A DNA stretch of 64,000 bases from an uncultured cyanobacterium (GCA_963718615.1 OY970368.1:1376001-1440000); one strand, 5' to 3'. Positions 19,555-29,572 are shown, counted from the first letter of the stretch. Program-made: numbers and translations. The notes: a model not told the origin generated them from the letters alone.

Positions 19555-21138
19555 ATGCCTCAAGAATTCACAAAAGGTTCAGCCGCGATCGCGACTGGCA
19601 CCACCACCGCCTGGGGAATTACGAGTACCTTTGGCAATATCGGTGTCGCCGCTGGAGGCACAGCTTTTGGTGTGGGTGCCGTACCGATTATGGGGGCTGG
19701 GGCGATCGCCGGAGTCGCTGCCTACGGGGCCTATCGAGGCTTTTCAGAGAGAGACCCTATCGCCTTAGGTTCCTTGGGTCTTGGGGCCGCCGCCGGAGCC
19801 GGAGTCTCAGCAGGGATTGGTGGCGTAGGCGTCGTGGGGGGCTTAGGGGGATTTGGACTTGGGCTTGGAGCTATGAGTACCCTGGGCGGTGTTGCTGGAT
19901 TAGGGCTTTATGGCATAGCCAAAATGTTAGATTCGGGTTCGAAGGAATCGTCTTTTGCAGCTTTTTCGCGCATGGAAGAGCGGATTGATGAAGACTTGGC
20001 TTATTCCATGGCCTATACCTCTGCTTTAATCGAACTGTTTCTGCCAGAAGACGATATTTTTCGTACGATTTTCGAGTACGATGTCGAAGCCGATTTAGAT
20101 GCACTTAAAGAAGAACTAGCAACAGCGAAAATCTCTGCTTCTCCGTTAGTTTTTTCCGAGCTGAAACCCATAGCGTTAGGGACTGATCTAAGCCAAGCTA
20201 CCTGGCTCAAGCTTCGGCAATTCAAGCCAAGTCAAACCGCAATCAATGACGTTGTCATTTATCATCAAGAATCACGTGTTTTAGTCGCTTGCGAGGATGG
20301 CTCTGTCATTGACTTGAACCTAAGCACGGGTAAGCGACGCTGTACATTCACTTCACCCAAATCGGTTTTAGCGATCGCCCTCAATCCCCATAACAACACT
20401 CTCATCTGCGGGGGACAAGAAAATAGCCTTAGCAATTGGAATTTAGAAACTCAACAGCTCATTGAAATGCCAAAAGCCAGCGAATTAGCACGGGGAGAAG
20501 CTCGGTTTACTTGTGCGCTTGCTTTTGGTCAAACCGGCAAATATTTTGCCAGTGCAGGTACAGATCAAGTGGTCACACTCTGGTGTCCCCATGAACTTTA
20601 CCCGTTGCGCTATCGAACTCGGCGATCGCTCAAGGGTCATCAGAATACCGTCCTTTCTCTTGCCTTCACACCCGATGAAAAAGCACTAGTCAGTGCCAGT
20701 GCAGATGCTACGATTCGCATTTGGGATTTAACCTCCTGGAATGCACCCAAAGTTTTGCTCGGTCATCGAGGTGCCGTTCATTGCATTGCGATTTGTCCTA
20801 CTCATCTCCTTCTTGTCAGTGCCGGTCAGGATGCCACACTGCGGTTTTGGGATTTGGAAACGGGAGAACTTTTAAAGACGATTCAAGCCCATGAACAAGC
20901 CATTCGATTTTTAGCTTTCAGCCCGGACGGATCGCGTTTGGTTAGCAGCGGCAACGACAACTTAACCAAGATTTGGCAGGTTGACGATCAAGAAATTTGT
21001 GGCGAGTCTCGGGAGATTATCGTCACTCGACAGGCTACGTTGACAGGCTCTGGACCGGTGGCGTTTTATGGCTCGGGAAGGATCTTAGTCCAGGGCGATC
21101 GCGCTGGCAAAATCACCCTTTGGCAGCTTCATTGGTAA
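19555..21138 (+). CDS. Glycine-zipper / PspA-like helices / WD40-repeat protein
   Basis: Gly/Ala-rich hydrophobic N-terminus; AAFSRMEERI...DVEADLDALKEEL segment; C-terminal GH..V..LAF..D....SAS.D.TIRIWD repeats. Confidence 0.88.
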   Translation: MPQEFTKGSAAIATGTTTAWGITSTFGNIGVAAGGTAFGVGAVPIMGAGAIAGVAAYGAYRGFSERDPIALGSLGLGAAAGAGVSAGIGGVGVVGGLGGFGLGLGAMSTLGGVAGLGLYGIAKMLDSGSKESSFAAFSRMEERIDEDLAYSMAYTSALIELFLPEDDIFRTIFEYDVEADLDALKEELATAKISASPLVFSELKPIALGTDLSQATWLKLRQFKPSQTAINDVVIYHQESRVLVACEDGSVIDLNLSTGKRRCTFTSPKSVLAIALNPHNNTLICGGQENSLSNWNLETQQLIEMPKASELARGEARFTCALAFGQTGKYFASAGTDQVVTLWCPHELYPLRYRTRRSLKGHQNTVLSLAFTPDEKALVSASADATIRIWDLTSWNAPKVLLGHRGAVHCIAICPTHLLLVSAGQDATLRFWDLETGELLKTIQAHEQAIRFLAFSPDGSRLVSSGNDNLTKIWQVDDQEICGESREIIVTRQATLTGSGPVAFYGSGRILVQGDRAGKITLWQLHW

Positions 21139-21143
21139 TTCCA

Positions 21144-21223
21144 GCTCAGGCTAGGTACCGGGTGTTTGCAAAAATCCCGAAACCACCCCCCCATCCGACA
21201 AACACAATCGATGTCTTCCTCCA
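21144..21223 (+). repeat. Degenerate second copy of the 19336-19415 element
   Basis: gctcaggctaggtaccgggtgtttgcaaaaatcccg...ccgacaaa...tgtcttcctcca aligns end to end with copy 1 in direct orientation. Confidence 0.8.
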
Positions 21224-21296
21224 TCATCTTGAAAAATCCCTTGCAAGATTCCATCCTGGGGGAGAGAGATTTGAACCTAGAACCCAGTAGGTTAAG

Positions 21297-23414
21297 GTGA
21301 ATCTTTCGCAGACCCCGTTGAGGTCATCTATGGAATCGATCTCAGAAACGCTGAGAGAACCAGTTGTTAGCTTTGTACTCCTTCTATCAGTTGTTTTTGT
21401 CATTCCACCAATCTTTGAACGGCTACGGGTGCCTGGATTGGTTGGTCTGCTGGTTGCTGGTGTTTGTTTGGGTAGTAGCGGTTTGGGTTGGCTCAATAGC
21501 GACTCAGATACAATGAAACTGCTGTCAGATATTGGCAAGATTTATTTGATGTTTATTGCGGGTTTGGAAGTTGACCTTGCTCAATTTCAACAAACCCGCA
21601 ATCGATCACTCGGCTTTGGTGGTTTTACGTTTTTGCTACCGCTATTAGGGGGAATTGGTGTCGGTCGACTGTTTGGATTTGATTGGAATGCCGCCTTTCT
21701 GATAGGTTCGCTGCTTGCGTCCCATACCCTGTTGGCCTATCCGATTTTACGACGATTGGGCGTTGTAGGGGATGAATCGGTTACCGTCACCGTGGGTGCG
21801 ACGATTTTTACGGATATTGGCTCACTGGTGATTCTGGCGGTGTGTCTTGGTGTGCAATCAGGGGAATTTTCGCTCGCAAAACTAGCCATTTTGTTGGGAT
21901 CTCTTGCCATCTATTCTTTTCTAATTCTCTGGGGAATTGTTCGCCTAGGAAACATCGTTTTACCCCACTTCAAGGGCGATGAAACCAATCAGTTTCTGTT
22001 CGTACTTTGTGCGGTTTTTCTGGCTGCGGTGGGAGCACAGTTGATCGGGGTTGAGAAAATTGTGGGGGCATTTTTGGCGGGGTTGGCGGTGAATCAGGCG
22101 TTGGGGCGATCGCCCGTCAAAGAAAAAGTAGAATTCATCGGCATGGCACTGTTTGTCCCGATCTTTTTCATTGATATGGGTCTGTTGTTAGATCTGAATG
22201 CCTTTGAGGATTTGTTGGGAGCGATTGGGTTGCCCTTGGCGGTTTTGGGTTGTTTATTCTTAACCAAGTTTGCCGCAGTTTTAATTGCGAAAATGCTTTA
22301 CCATTACAATTGGTTGCAAGCGATGCTTATGTGGTCGCTGTCATTACCTCAGGTGGCGGCAACCTTAGCAGCAGCATTGATTGGTTATCAGGCAGAGATT
22401 ATCAATGAAAATGTCTTTAATAGCGTCATCTTATTGATGCTAGTCACCGCCGTGGTTGGACCGTTGCTTACAGCTCAGTTTGGGGCTCGGCTGGCCACAG
22501 AAACAGCGTTGGCTGCCACTGAAACCCTACCTCCCGACTGGCTGGCTCCCGATTCTGCCGAAGTACTACCAACGCAAACGAAAGCTTTTTCCGTGGTGGT
22601 TCCGGTTTACAATCCCAAAACCGAGGGACATCTGGTGAAATTAGCGGCACTCCTGGCGGATCATGAGGCAGGTCGAGTGATTCCCCTGACAGTAGTCCAG
22701 GCTCAGGCGCGACTCGATACGCCCCAGATCGAACGCAGTCTTCAGCACAGTCAACAGTTGCTCGGGCAAGCAGAACTGATTTGTGAGGAGCTGGATGTGG
22801 AAGTTAAGCCAACCCTTCGCATTGAGCCCAATATTGGTTTTGCCATCAGCCATGTGAGTCGTGAAGTGGATGCAAGTTTGATTGTGTTGGGCATGACGCC
22901 CCCGTCGCAACGGCGATCTTCGCGTTTGTTTTCTTCCGTTACCGATGCAGTTTTGCGATCGGCCCATTGTTCCGTCGCCATTAGCGCACTCACCGAGTCT
23001 CCCCAATCGTTCAAGCGCATCCTAGTGCCCCTGTCCAACTTCTCGCCCGCTGCCCTGCGTCCTCTGCGCTTAGCCCTTATCCTGGGTGAACAAAACGCCG
23101 CCCAGGTCACATTGCTCCATGTGTGCAATCCGAATTTTCCTAAGGAACAAGTAGTACGGTTGCGACAGCATCTAGAAAACCGGATGGCGCAACTCTCGAC
23201 CAAGGCTTCCAAAATCAATCAAGTCGAAGTGATTCCCAGCCGCAATGTCGTCGAGACCATCAACCGCGTAGCGCGAGAGCACGATCTGCTAATCCTACAG
23301 ACTTACCGACAACGGGCGGGAATGAATAGCCTCGTCCTCGGCAGTCGCACCACGCCGATTGTGCAGCGGGCTAGGGGCTCGATGATTTTGCTGGGCGAAC
23401 CCCAGGCGGATTAG
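21297..23414 (+). CDS. CPA2 cation:proton antiporter with two C-terminal USP domains
   Basis: LMFIAGLEVD, ASHTLLAYPI, GATIFTD, IVGAFLAGL, PQVAATLAA; then VVVPVYNP and RILVP USP-like folds. Confidence 0.92.
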   Translation: MNLSQTPLRSSMESISETLREPVVSFVLLLSVVFVIPPIFERLRVPGLVGLLVAGVCLGSSGLGWLNSDSDTMKLLSDIGKIYLMFIAGLEVDLAQFQQTRNRSLGFGGFTFLLPLLGGIGVGRLFGFDWNAAFLIGSLLASHTLLAYPILRRLGVVGDESVTVTVGATIFTDIGSLVILAVCLGVQSGEFSLAKLAILLGSLAIYSFLILWGIVRLGNIVLPHFKGDETNQFLFVLCAVFLAAVGAQLIGVEKIVGAFLAGLAVNQALGRSPVKEKVEFIGMALFVPIFFIDMGLLLDLNAFEDLLGAIGLPLAVLGCLFLTKFAAVLIAKMLYHYNWLQAMLMWSLSLPQVAATLAAALIGYQAEIINENVFNSVILLMLVTAVVGPLLTAQFGARLATETALAATETLPPDWLAPDSAEVLPTQTKAFSVVVPVYNPKTEGHLVKLAALLADHEAGRVIPLTVVQAQARLDTPQIERSLQHSQQLLGQAELICEELDVEVKPTLRIEPNIGFAISHVSREVDASLIVLGMTPPSQRRSSRLFSSVTDAVLRSAHCSVAISALTESPQSFKRILVPLSNFSPAALRPLRLALILGEQNAAQVTLLHVCNPNFPKEQVVRLRQHLENRMAQLSTKASKINQVEVIPSRNVVETINRVAREHDLLILQTYRQRAGMNSLVLGSRTTPIVQRARGSMILLGEPQAD

Positions 23415-25692
23415 TCCCGTTTGGATGAGCGGCATTTGGCTGAGTTGTGCTGACAAAGCCTCGCCGCTGACCATTCCGGGCAACTGGCTCCACTCGGAAC
23501 GTGACGCGATCGCTCCCTCCCTCTCCCCGAGCCTCCAACACCCAATCACCGACCTGAGGGGTCCATAGAATCATCGTGGCTGTTTCGGCCGTGCTGGCCT
23601 TTTGTAACGGCTGACCGTTGAGAAACCAGGTGACCGGGCGATCGCTCCGATTCAACAGTTCAAAACGCAACTTCTGGGGATTTTTAGGATCGAGATGGGC
23701 TGAATCAAGATTGGCTCTATCGAGGAGGAAGCGATCGCCCATGCGGGGAAACGTAATCTGAACGGATTTTTCGAAGGGGTTTTGAGCTTGAGTTTGGTTT
23801 TGGGTTTGGGTTTTAATGGCTAGAGGAGGGGCGATCGTAGCCTTCTCAAGGCTGTTCTGCTGGGGATACTGCGGATCCATAAATTCCAACACCACCGTTT
23901 GGCAATCCGCCTGGGGTGGCAGTCCCGTTGTGGCACAAACTTTTTCCTGGGGCCAGGCAGGTTTGGGGAATGGTTTAGGTTCTTGTCTTTCATGCAAATG
24001 CAACATGATCCGATGCCACAGCGGGGCTGCACCAGTTACGCCAGAAACGTTTTGCATCGCGCTGCCATCAAAGTTGCCGACCCAGGTGGCGACAGTGTAA
24101 TCGGTTGTATAGCCGACGGTCCAGGTGTCGCGATAGCCCGAGGAGGTCCCGGTTTTGACGGCAGCGGGGAAGGGGAGAGCTAGAGCGGAGTCGATGCCAA
24201 ATTCGCGGGCGCGGGCGTGGGGGTCGGAGAGGATGTGAGTGATGTAGCGGGCGGTTTGGGGATTCAGGGGTGAGGATGGGGCCAGCGTCGATTGGGCGAG
24301 GGTTTGGTAGGCGTGGGCCAGTTCCCAGAGGCTGACTTCGCCGCTGCCGAGGGCGAGCCCAAGGCCATAGTGGTCAGGGGGATGGGTGAGGTGTCGGAAA
24401 CCGAGGGATTGCAGTTGCTCTAAAAACACAGGCACGGTAACCTGTTCGAGGGTTTTGACGGCGGGGATGTTGAGGGAATTGCCGAGGGCGAGGCGCAGCC
24501 GAATGGGGCCGAGAAAACGATTGCTATAATCCACAGGACTATACAACTGGGCACCGGGAATGGCGTAGTAAACGGGACTGTCGTTGAGAATGCTGTTGGG
24601 TTGGAGTTTGCCGGTGTCGAGGGCGAGTTGGTAGAGGAAGGGTTTGAGGGTAGAGCCCGGTTGACGCAGGGCTTGAACACCGTCGTTGCGGCCCTGGCGA
24701 TCGCCCCAATAACGGGGTGAGCCCACATAGGCTAGGACTTCTCCGTTGTGATTGTCGAGGACGAGTGCTGCGGCCTGGTTGACATTGTGGGGGGCGAGGC
24801 TGGCGACGAGTTGACGGACTTGGGCGCTGACAAATTCCTGGAGGGGGCGATCCAGGGTGGTGGCGATCGGTCCAGTAATGGGAGCTTGGGGGAAGTTCCC
24901 TTGTCGTTGTTCGGCTAGCCAAAACAGATAGTGGGGTGCAATCAGCGGGTCGTCTTCGGGGAGACGCACGAATAAATCTTCAGCAGCGGCTTGGTGGGAT
25001 TGGGCGGGGCTGATGTTTCCCTCGGCGACCAGGCGCTGGAGAATATAGCGCTGGCGCTGGCGCAGACCGGGGCGATTGGCGTAGGGATTGAGATGGACGG
25101 GATCGTTGGGTAAGGCTGCGAGCAAGGTCGCCTGGGCTAAGGTCAAATCAGCAGCGGGGGTGTTGAAGTAATAGCGCGCCCCTGCTTCGATGCCATAGAG
25201 ATTGCCCCCCAGGGGCAGCCGGTTGAGGTAGGCGGCCAAAATTTCGGCTTTGCTCATACCGGCTTCCAATCGCCAAGCCTGCCAAATTTCCTGGGTTTTG
25301 GACCAAAGCGTACGGGGTTTTGGGTCCAGCATCCGTGCCAACTGCATCGAAATCGTCGAAGCTCCGCTGACAATCTGTCGCCTCTGAACCGCTTGGCCCA
25401 CTGCCCGCCCCAAGGCCCAAAGGTCAACCCCGTGGTGTTGATAAAACCGCTGGTCCTCGGCGGCAATGAGTGCAGCCGTCAGATGGGGCGAAATTTTTTC
25501 GAGGGGGACAACCTGGGTATGGTCCTGGTCCTGACTCAGAAGCGTGCCGAGGGGGAGACCGTTGCGATCGCGAAAACTTAAAGCCTGATCCTGCTGGGCG
25601 ATCGCCTCAGCCCGAATCGGAGCACCATAGGGCAACCCACGAATACCGACTAAACCTACACTAATCCAGAGCGGCAGCATTGCCTTTCCCAT
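23371..25692 (-). CDS. pbpC: Penicillin-binding protein 1C
   Basis: EDQRFYQHHGVD, GASTISMQLAR (transglycosylase); RQPGSTLKPF, SLN, KTGTS (transpeptidase); BiPBP_C-like C-terminus. Start codon uncertain. Confidence 0.9.
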   Translation of the reverse strand: MGKAMLPLWISVGLVGIRGLPYGAPIRAEAIAQQDQALSFRDRNGLPLGTLLSQDQDHTQVVPLEKISPHLTAALIAAEDQRFYQHHGVDLWALGRAVGQAVQRRQIVSGASTISMQLARMLDPKPRTLWSKTQEIWQAWRLEAGMSKAEILAAYLNRLPLGGNLYGIEAGARYYFNTPAADLTLAQATLLAALPNDPVHLNPYANRPGLRQRQRYILQRLVAEGNISPAQSHQAAAEDLFVRLPEDDPLIAPHYLFWLAEQRQGNFPQAPITGPIATTLDRPLQEFVSAQVRQLVASLAPHNVNQAAALVLDNHNGEVLAYVGSPRYWGDRQGRNDGVQALRQPGSTLKPFLYQLALDTGKLQPNSILNDSPVYYAIPGAQLYSPVDYSNRFLGPIRLRLALGNSLNIPAVKTLEQVTVPVFLEQLQSLGFRHLTHPPDHYGLGLALGSGEVSLWELAHAYQTLAQSTLAPSSPLNPQTARYITHILSDPHARAREFGIDSALALPFPAAVKTGTSSGYRDTWTVGYTTDYTVATWVGNFDGSAMQNVSGVTGAAPLWHRIMLHLHERQEPKPFPKPAWPQEKVCATTGLPPQADCQTVVLEFMDPQYPQQNSLEKATIAPPLAIKTQTQNQTQAQNPFEKSVQITFPRMGDRFLLDRANLDSAHLDPKNPQKLRFELLNRSDRPVTWFLNGQPLQKASTAETATMILWTPQVGDWVLEARGEGGSDRVTFRVEPVARNGQRRGFVSTTQPNAAHPNGTNPPGVRPAKSSSP

Positions 25693-26198
25693 CCAGGGTT
25701 TCAGCACCAGCGGCACCTTGAATACCCCCGTCCAACGAGCAAAAGGTGAAGGCAAGATCATGTGAGGGATCCCTGAGCATTTGCTCCATCCTAGCCAGCC
25801 CCTGAGAAGGACGTCAGGCATAATTGCCCATTTCGTTACAAAGCCCCTGACCCAGCTCACATTACGAAACAAAACGAGGTGCCTGCTGTCGTAAGCACCC
25901 CTACGAAGGAGGGTATAGGCAGCCCCTTCTAGTTTTGGGCCTGAATCGACGATGATTAGCTCGGCTAATTTTCAGCGGATTTGCGTATCCTTTTTAGCAA
26001 ATTGCGAAAAATCAAGCGCTGAATTTCGGAAATAACATGGGAAAGTCATCCAGGAATCTGCTAATTTTCCCTTATAAGGATAAATTTTTTAAAGTCTTAA
26101 GATTACGGTCTTTAGATGGGGGTGTATGGCACCGGGGAAACGGGATCTCCGGGGTATAGGCTTGTACTGGCCTGAAAGGTTGGCCTGGAGGTGTTTTT

Positions 26199-26612
26199 AT
26201 GACGTTTATCCCCGCTGTTTTCACTCAAGTCTCAGACGAAACTCCAATGGTATTGGCCCTAAGGCAGCGGATTTTTGCGATCGCCACCTTCGATGCCAAC
26301 GGAATCCTAGAGCGGTGCGCCCTGGGGAAAGAGCGAAACAATCCCGTTTGGACCGAAGTGATTTTTTCGGCCATTGGACTCAAGGGGTTGCTCGATGCCT
26401 CGCTCGAACATCAGCCCTTTCACCATGCCAAGATCGATGGTGGCCATCAAGTCGCCCTGCTGATCCGTCGTCGTCGTCGCTACGTTGCGGCTCTGATGGC
26501 ACGACCGGCCTCCAGCGCCGAGGAGGAGGCAATGTGTCGATACTTACAGGAGACTCGCCTTGGTGATCTCTTTGCCCTTGTAGAACCCGAACCAACGCTC
26601 ATGGCCGGTTAA
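26199..26612 (+). CDS. Hypothetical protein (small alpha/beta)
   Basis: 137-aa ORF with GGAGG RBS upstream and globular composition; convergent on cobO with a 4-bp overlap. Confidence 0.7.
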   Translation: MTFIPAVFTQVSDETPMVLALRQRIFAIATFDANGILERCALGKERNNPVWTEVIFSAIGLKGLLDASLEHQPFHHAKIDGGHQVALLIRRRRRYVAALMARPASSAEEEAMCRYLQETRLGDLFALVEPEPTLMAG

Positions 26613-27766
26613 TAATCCACCCCCCGTTTGAGGTCAACGCCTCGCTCCGCATAGTGCTTGTGGCAGACCATTTCTGAATGCACCGTGGCCAGGTTGAAAT
26701 AGGCCGGGATTTGCTGACAGCGACCGGTAATGATCACCTCGGTTTCACGCGGTTTGCGCAGCAGGGCGTGGACGATGGGCTCTTGGGGCAACAGTTCTAA
26801 ATCCACGGTGGGGTTGAGTTCATCGAGGATGATGGTTTTGTAGAGCCCGGAGGCGATCGCCGTCTTGGCAATTTCCCAGCCCCGCTCCGCTTCCACATAG
26901 TCAATGGTTTGCTGCTGTCCCCGCCAGACGATGGCATCTCGCCCCGAGCGCTGATGGTCCACGAGATTGGGATAACTCTGCTGGAGGGCGGCGATCGCTC
27001 CATCCTCCGTATAGCCGCTGCCCCCCTTGAGCCACTGCAAAATCAGCACCCGGTGGGATTTGTCCTGACTAATGCCTCGGCCAATGGCCTGGAGCGCTTT
27101 GCCCAGGGCGCTGGTGGATTTGCCCTTGCCCTCCCCCGTATAGATTTCGATGCCGCCGACGTTGCCCGTCTGGGCCATTTGCGCCGCCAACCGCTGGGCC
27201 GCCTCGTGGTAGTGGGGACGCATTTCAGAATGTAGGTCTGCGATGTCCAGGAGTTGGGGCGGGGCTCCCCGTCCGGTGGCAATGATTTCTAAATGTTCGG
27301 GTTTTTGCTTGAGCGTCCGCACCACGTCAGACACCGGCAAAAGCCCTAGGTCCAATACCGGATTGAGTTCATCCAAAACCACCACTGAGTAGAGCCCTGA
27401 GGCGATCGCCCCCTTGGCCACATCCCAACCCCGCTGGGCTTCCCGCCGGTCGTAGCGCGTAATTTCATCCGCGCCAAAAAACTCCGCCCGTCCGGTGCGT
27501 ACCTGGTCAATCAAATGGGGAAAGCCTTTCTGAAGCGCCGCGATCGCCGCATCTTCATCGTAGGTTCGTTCTGGTCCCTTCAAAAACCGCAGCAGCAACA
27601 CCCTGGTCTGCCAGTTGGTTTTGATACCATAGCCAATCGAGCGCAGCACCACCCCCAGCGCCGCCTGGGACTTGCCCTTGCCCGCCCCATCGTAGACATG
27701 GATTTGGCCAACAGCTCGCCCTGAGGTCTGCTGTGCAGTGCGAATTCCAATTCCCACCCGGACCAT
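26609..27766 (-). CDS. cobO: Cob(I)yrinic acid a,c-diamide adenosyltransferase, tandem two-domain cyanobacterial form
   Basis: Two copies of I.VY.G.GKGKS.AALG, LDELNP..DL.LL, I.TGR, HSEM..H. Confidence 0.88.
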   Translation of the reverse strand: MVRVGIGIRTAQQTSGRAVGQIHVYDGAGKGKSQAALGVVLRSIGYGIKTNWQTRVLLLRFLKGPERTYDEDAAIAALQKGFPHLIDQVRTGRAEFFGADEITRYDRREAQRGWDVAKGAIASGLYSVVVLDELNPVLDLGLLPVSDVVRTLKQKPEHLEIIATGRGAPPQLLDIADLHSEMRPHYHEAAQRLAAQMAQTGNVGGIEIYTGEGKGKSTSALGKALQAIGRGISQDKSHRVLILQWLKGGSGYTEDGAIAALQQSYPNLVDHQRSGRDAIVWRGQQQTIDYVEAERGWEIAKTAIASGLYKTIILDELNPTVDLELLPQEPIVHALLRKPRETEVIITGRCQQIPAYFNLATVHSEMVCHKHYAERGVDLKRGVDY

Positions 27767-27945
27767 GGCTGTTTCCTCGTTTGCTCTGTCTCGTTTGATC
27801 TGTATTGTCTGTATTGATTGACTGTATCGGATTTAGGGAAGCGACAAGAGGGAGTAGGCAGTCCTGCCGAGAGGCACTACAATGCAGGCGATCCGAGCCT
27901 GTTCCCTAAACAGGCCATTCCGCAGGCAACCGAGGAGCGAGACCG

Positions 27946-28494
27946 ATGGAGGAGCTTCAAACTTTAATCCTGCCCTTTCGAACCATGGTTTTGCAGGGGT
28001 TATTGCTGATCGTGGCGACGGCGATCGAAGCCGCTGTGATTCACAATCGCTTGGGCATTAGCAAACGAGGCAGTGTGCAGTATGCCTTGGCCCTCAACCT
28101 CACCTCCACCGTCATTGGCTGGACCTTATTGTTTACCTTAGAACCCTTTTTGTCGGAGCCTTGGCGACTCAATCTGATGAGCTATGTGTTGTTCAATCGC
28201 AGCTTTGGCCCTGTCTCTTCTGCTTCAACCCTGATGGTGGTGGGATTATTTGGGATGTATCTCGGGACTTTCTTGATTGAAACCCAGGCCATGAATATTT
28301 TGCTGCGAATCTGGGCTCCCCCCATTCCTCGGCAGGAATATGATACCTCTGAGGTGAAATATAACCGCACCCAGCGCTATAAAAGCTCCTGGACTGCCCG
28401 CTTTCGGTCTAATGCACTGCTGCGGGCCAATGCCATCAGCTATACCGCCATTTTGGTACTGCTATTCGTGCTCCAGCGCGCTCGCTTTATCTAG
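27946..28494 (+). CDS. fraC: Filament integrity protein FraC
   Basis: LPFRTM..Q.LLLIVA.AIEA, SVQYA..LNL.ST..GW; three to four TM segments; first gene of a fraCDE-like trio. Confidence 0.8.
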   Translation: MEELQTLILPFRTMVLQGLLLIVATAIEAAVIHNRLGISKRGSVQYALALNLTSTVIGWTLLFTLEPFLSEPWRLNLMSYVLFNRSFGPVSSASTLMVVGLFGMYLGTFLIETQAMNILLRIWAPPIPRQEYDTSEVKYNRTQRYKSSWTARFRSNALLRANAISYTAILVLLFVLQRARFI

Positions 28495-28564
28495 GACTCG
28501 CTTTCTCTAGGAATAGGGCAATGCCCTCTCTTCCCAGGACCCTTCTTCTAACCGATCCAAATCC

Positions 28565-29572
28565 ATGAAAGAGCTGGCTCAATCCTTCTGGAATCACTTC
28601 TGGACTTTTCTCGGCCCTCGTCAGTTTTATGCTTGGCAGAGTGCGCTGTGGCTGAGTGTTTTGGCCTGGGTGCTGTCGCGGATTACGCGATCGCCCGTCC
28701 AACTGGATGCCCCGATCACGGCCTACAGCATTCTGATTACGTTTAGCTGGATCTTTTTGATTATTGCCGTGGGCTGGTTCACCACCGAGTACCCGATCAA
28801 GATTTTTGGGCAGAACCTTGGGCCTTGGCTCACGGGGATCCTAGTGTGTCTGTTTTTATTTGACCGAGGAGAAGCGCCGCTGGTGCGTCCTGCGCTCTTG
28901 AGCTGGCCCTTGATTTCGACGGCGATCGCCGCCTTCCCCGATTTTGTCAAAGTCGATTCGGGCTTTACGGTGCCTCGGGGCCTGCAAACGCGGCAGCGCC
29001 TGGTTGTCCTACTGCTGGCTAATCTACTGCTGACAAGCTGGATTTTTTTGGGGTTGAGGATCCAAACCTGGTTTGAGCAATATCCGGGGTTACGGGGTGA
29101 GCGCTTTAATGAAAGCCTCGTAGTCATGGAGCCCTGGTCCTGGCAACCGGACTATCGTCGGGCAGACGCCATTGTGGAAGAAATGAGTAACCAGCTCGTC
29201 CAGGACACGACGGGGGTGACCGTGCCCGAGGTCGAACGCTGGCTAATGGAGCGTCGGGAAAATCCCTATCTCTTCCGTGATGCGGTCATGAACCAACTGG
29301 CCAAAAATAACAGTGACCGTCGCCTCGACCAGGAATTTTGGCAGCTCCGAACCCTAGTGAGTGAACCCGATGGAACCCAAATAGCTCCCTTGGCCCTAGG
29401 CAGTCGTGCCGAGTACCAGGTCACGCTACAAGCCATCTGGACCGGCCCCCACAGTCATCAAGATGGCCATGGGCGGCAGCTTCAGTGCCAAATCAACGTG
29501 GCCAGTAGCAATCGGACCCAGGTGGTGTGCGATCGCGACATCAAAGCCAAGCAAACCGAATCCCAAACATAG
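28565..29572 (+). CDS. fraD: Septal junction protein FraD (DUF5357)
   Basis: P.Q..AWQ, LGPWLTG, WPLIS..IA, Q.W..QYP.L; five TM segments plus a periplasmic domain with PEVERWL and a terminal Cys pair. Confidence 0.82.
   Translation: MKELAQSFWNHFWTFLGPRQFYAWQSALWLSVLAWVLSRITRSPVQLDAPITAYSILITFSWIFLIIAVGWFTTEYPIKIFGQNLGPWLTGILVCLFLFDRGEAPLVRPALLSWPLISTAIAAFPDFVKVDSGFTVPRGLQTRQRLVVLLLANLLLTSWIFLGLRIQTWFEQYPGLRGERFNESLVVMEPWSWQPDYRRADAIVEEMSNQLVQDTTGVTVPEVERWLMERRENPYLFRDAVMNQLAKNNSDRRLDQEFWQLRTLVSEPDGTQIAPLALGSRAEYQVTLQAIWTGPHSHQDGHGRQLQCQINVASSNRTQVVCDRDIKAKQTESQT

Noticed and set aside
18481-19563. 360-aa antisense ORF over argZ
   Set aside because: Largely overlaps a well-supported gene and has no protein-like signature.
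25891-25904. GTA-N8-TAC (NtcA-like box) between pbpC and a hypothetical gene
   Set aside because: Only six specified bases, expected many times by chance in 64 kb, and no -10 box at canonical spacing. No such box was seen upstream of argZ.
26609-27766. Internally duplicated CobO
   Set aside because: The two-domain form is the usual cyanobacterial architecture and is not novel.
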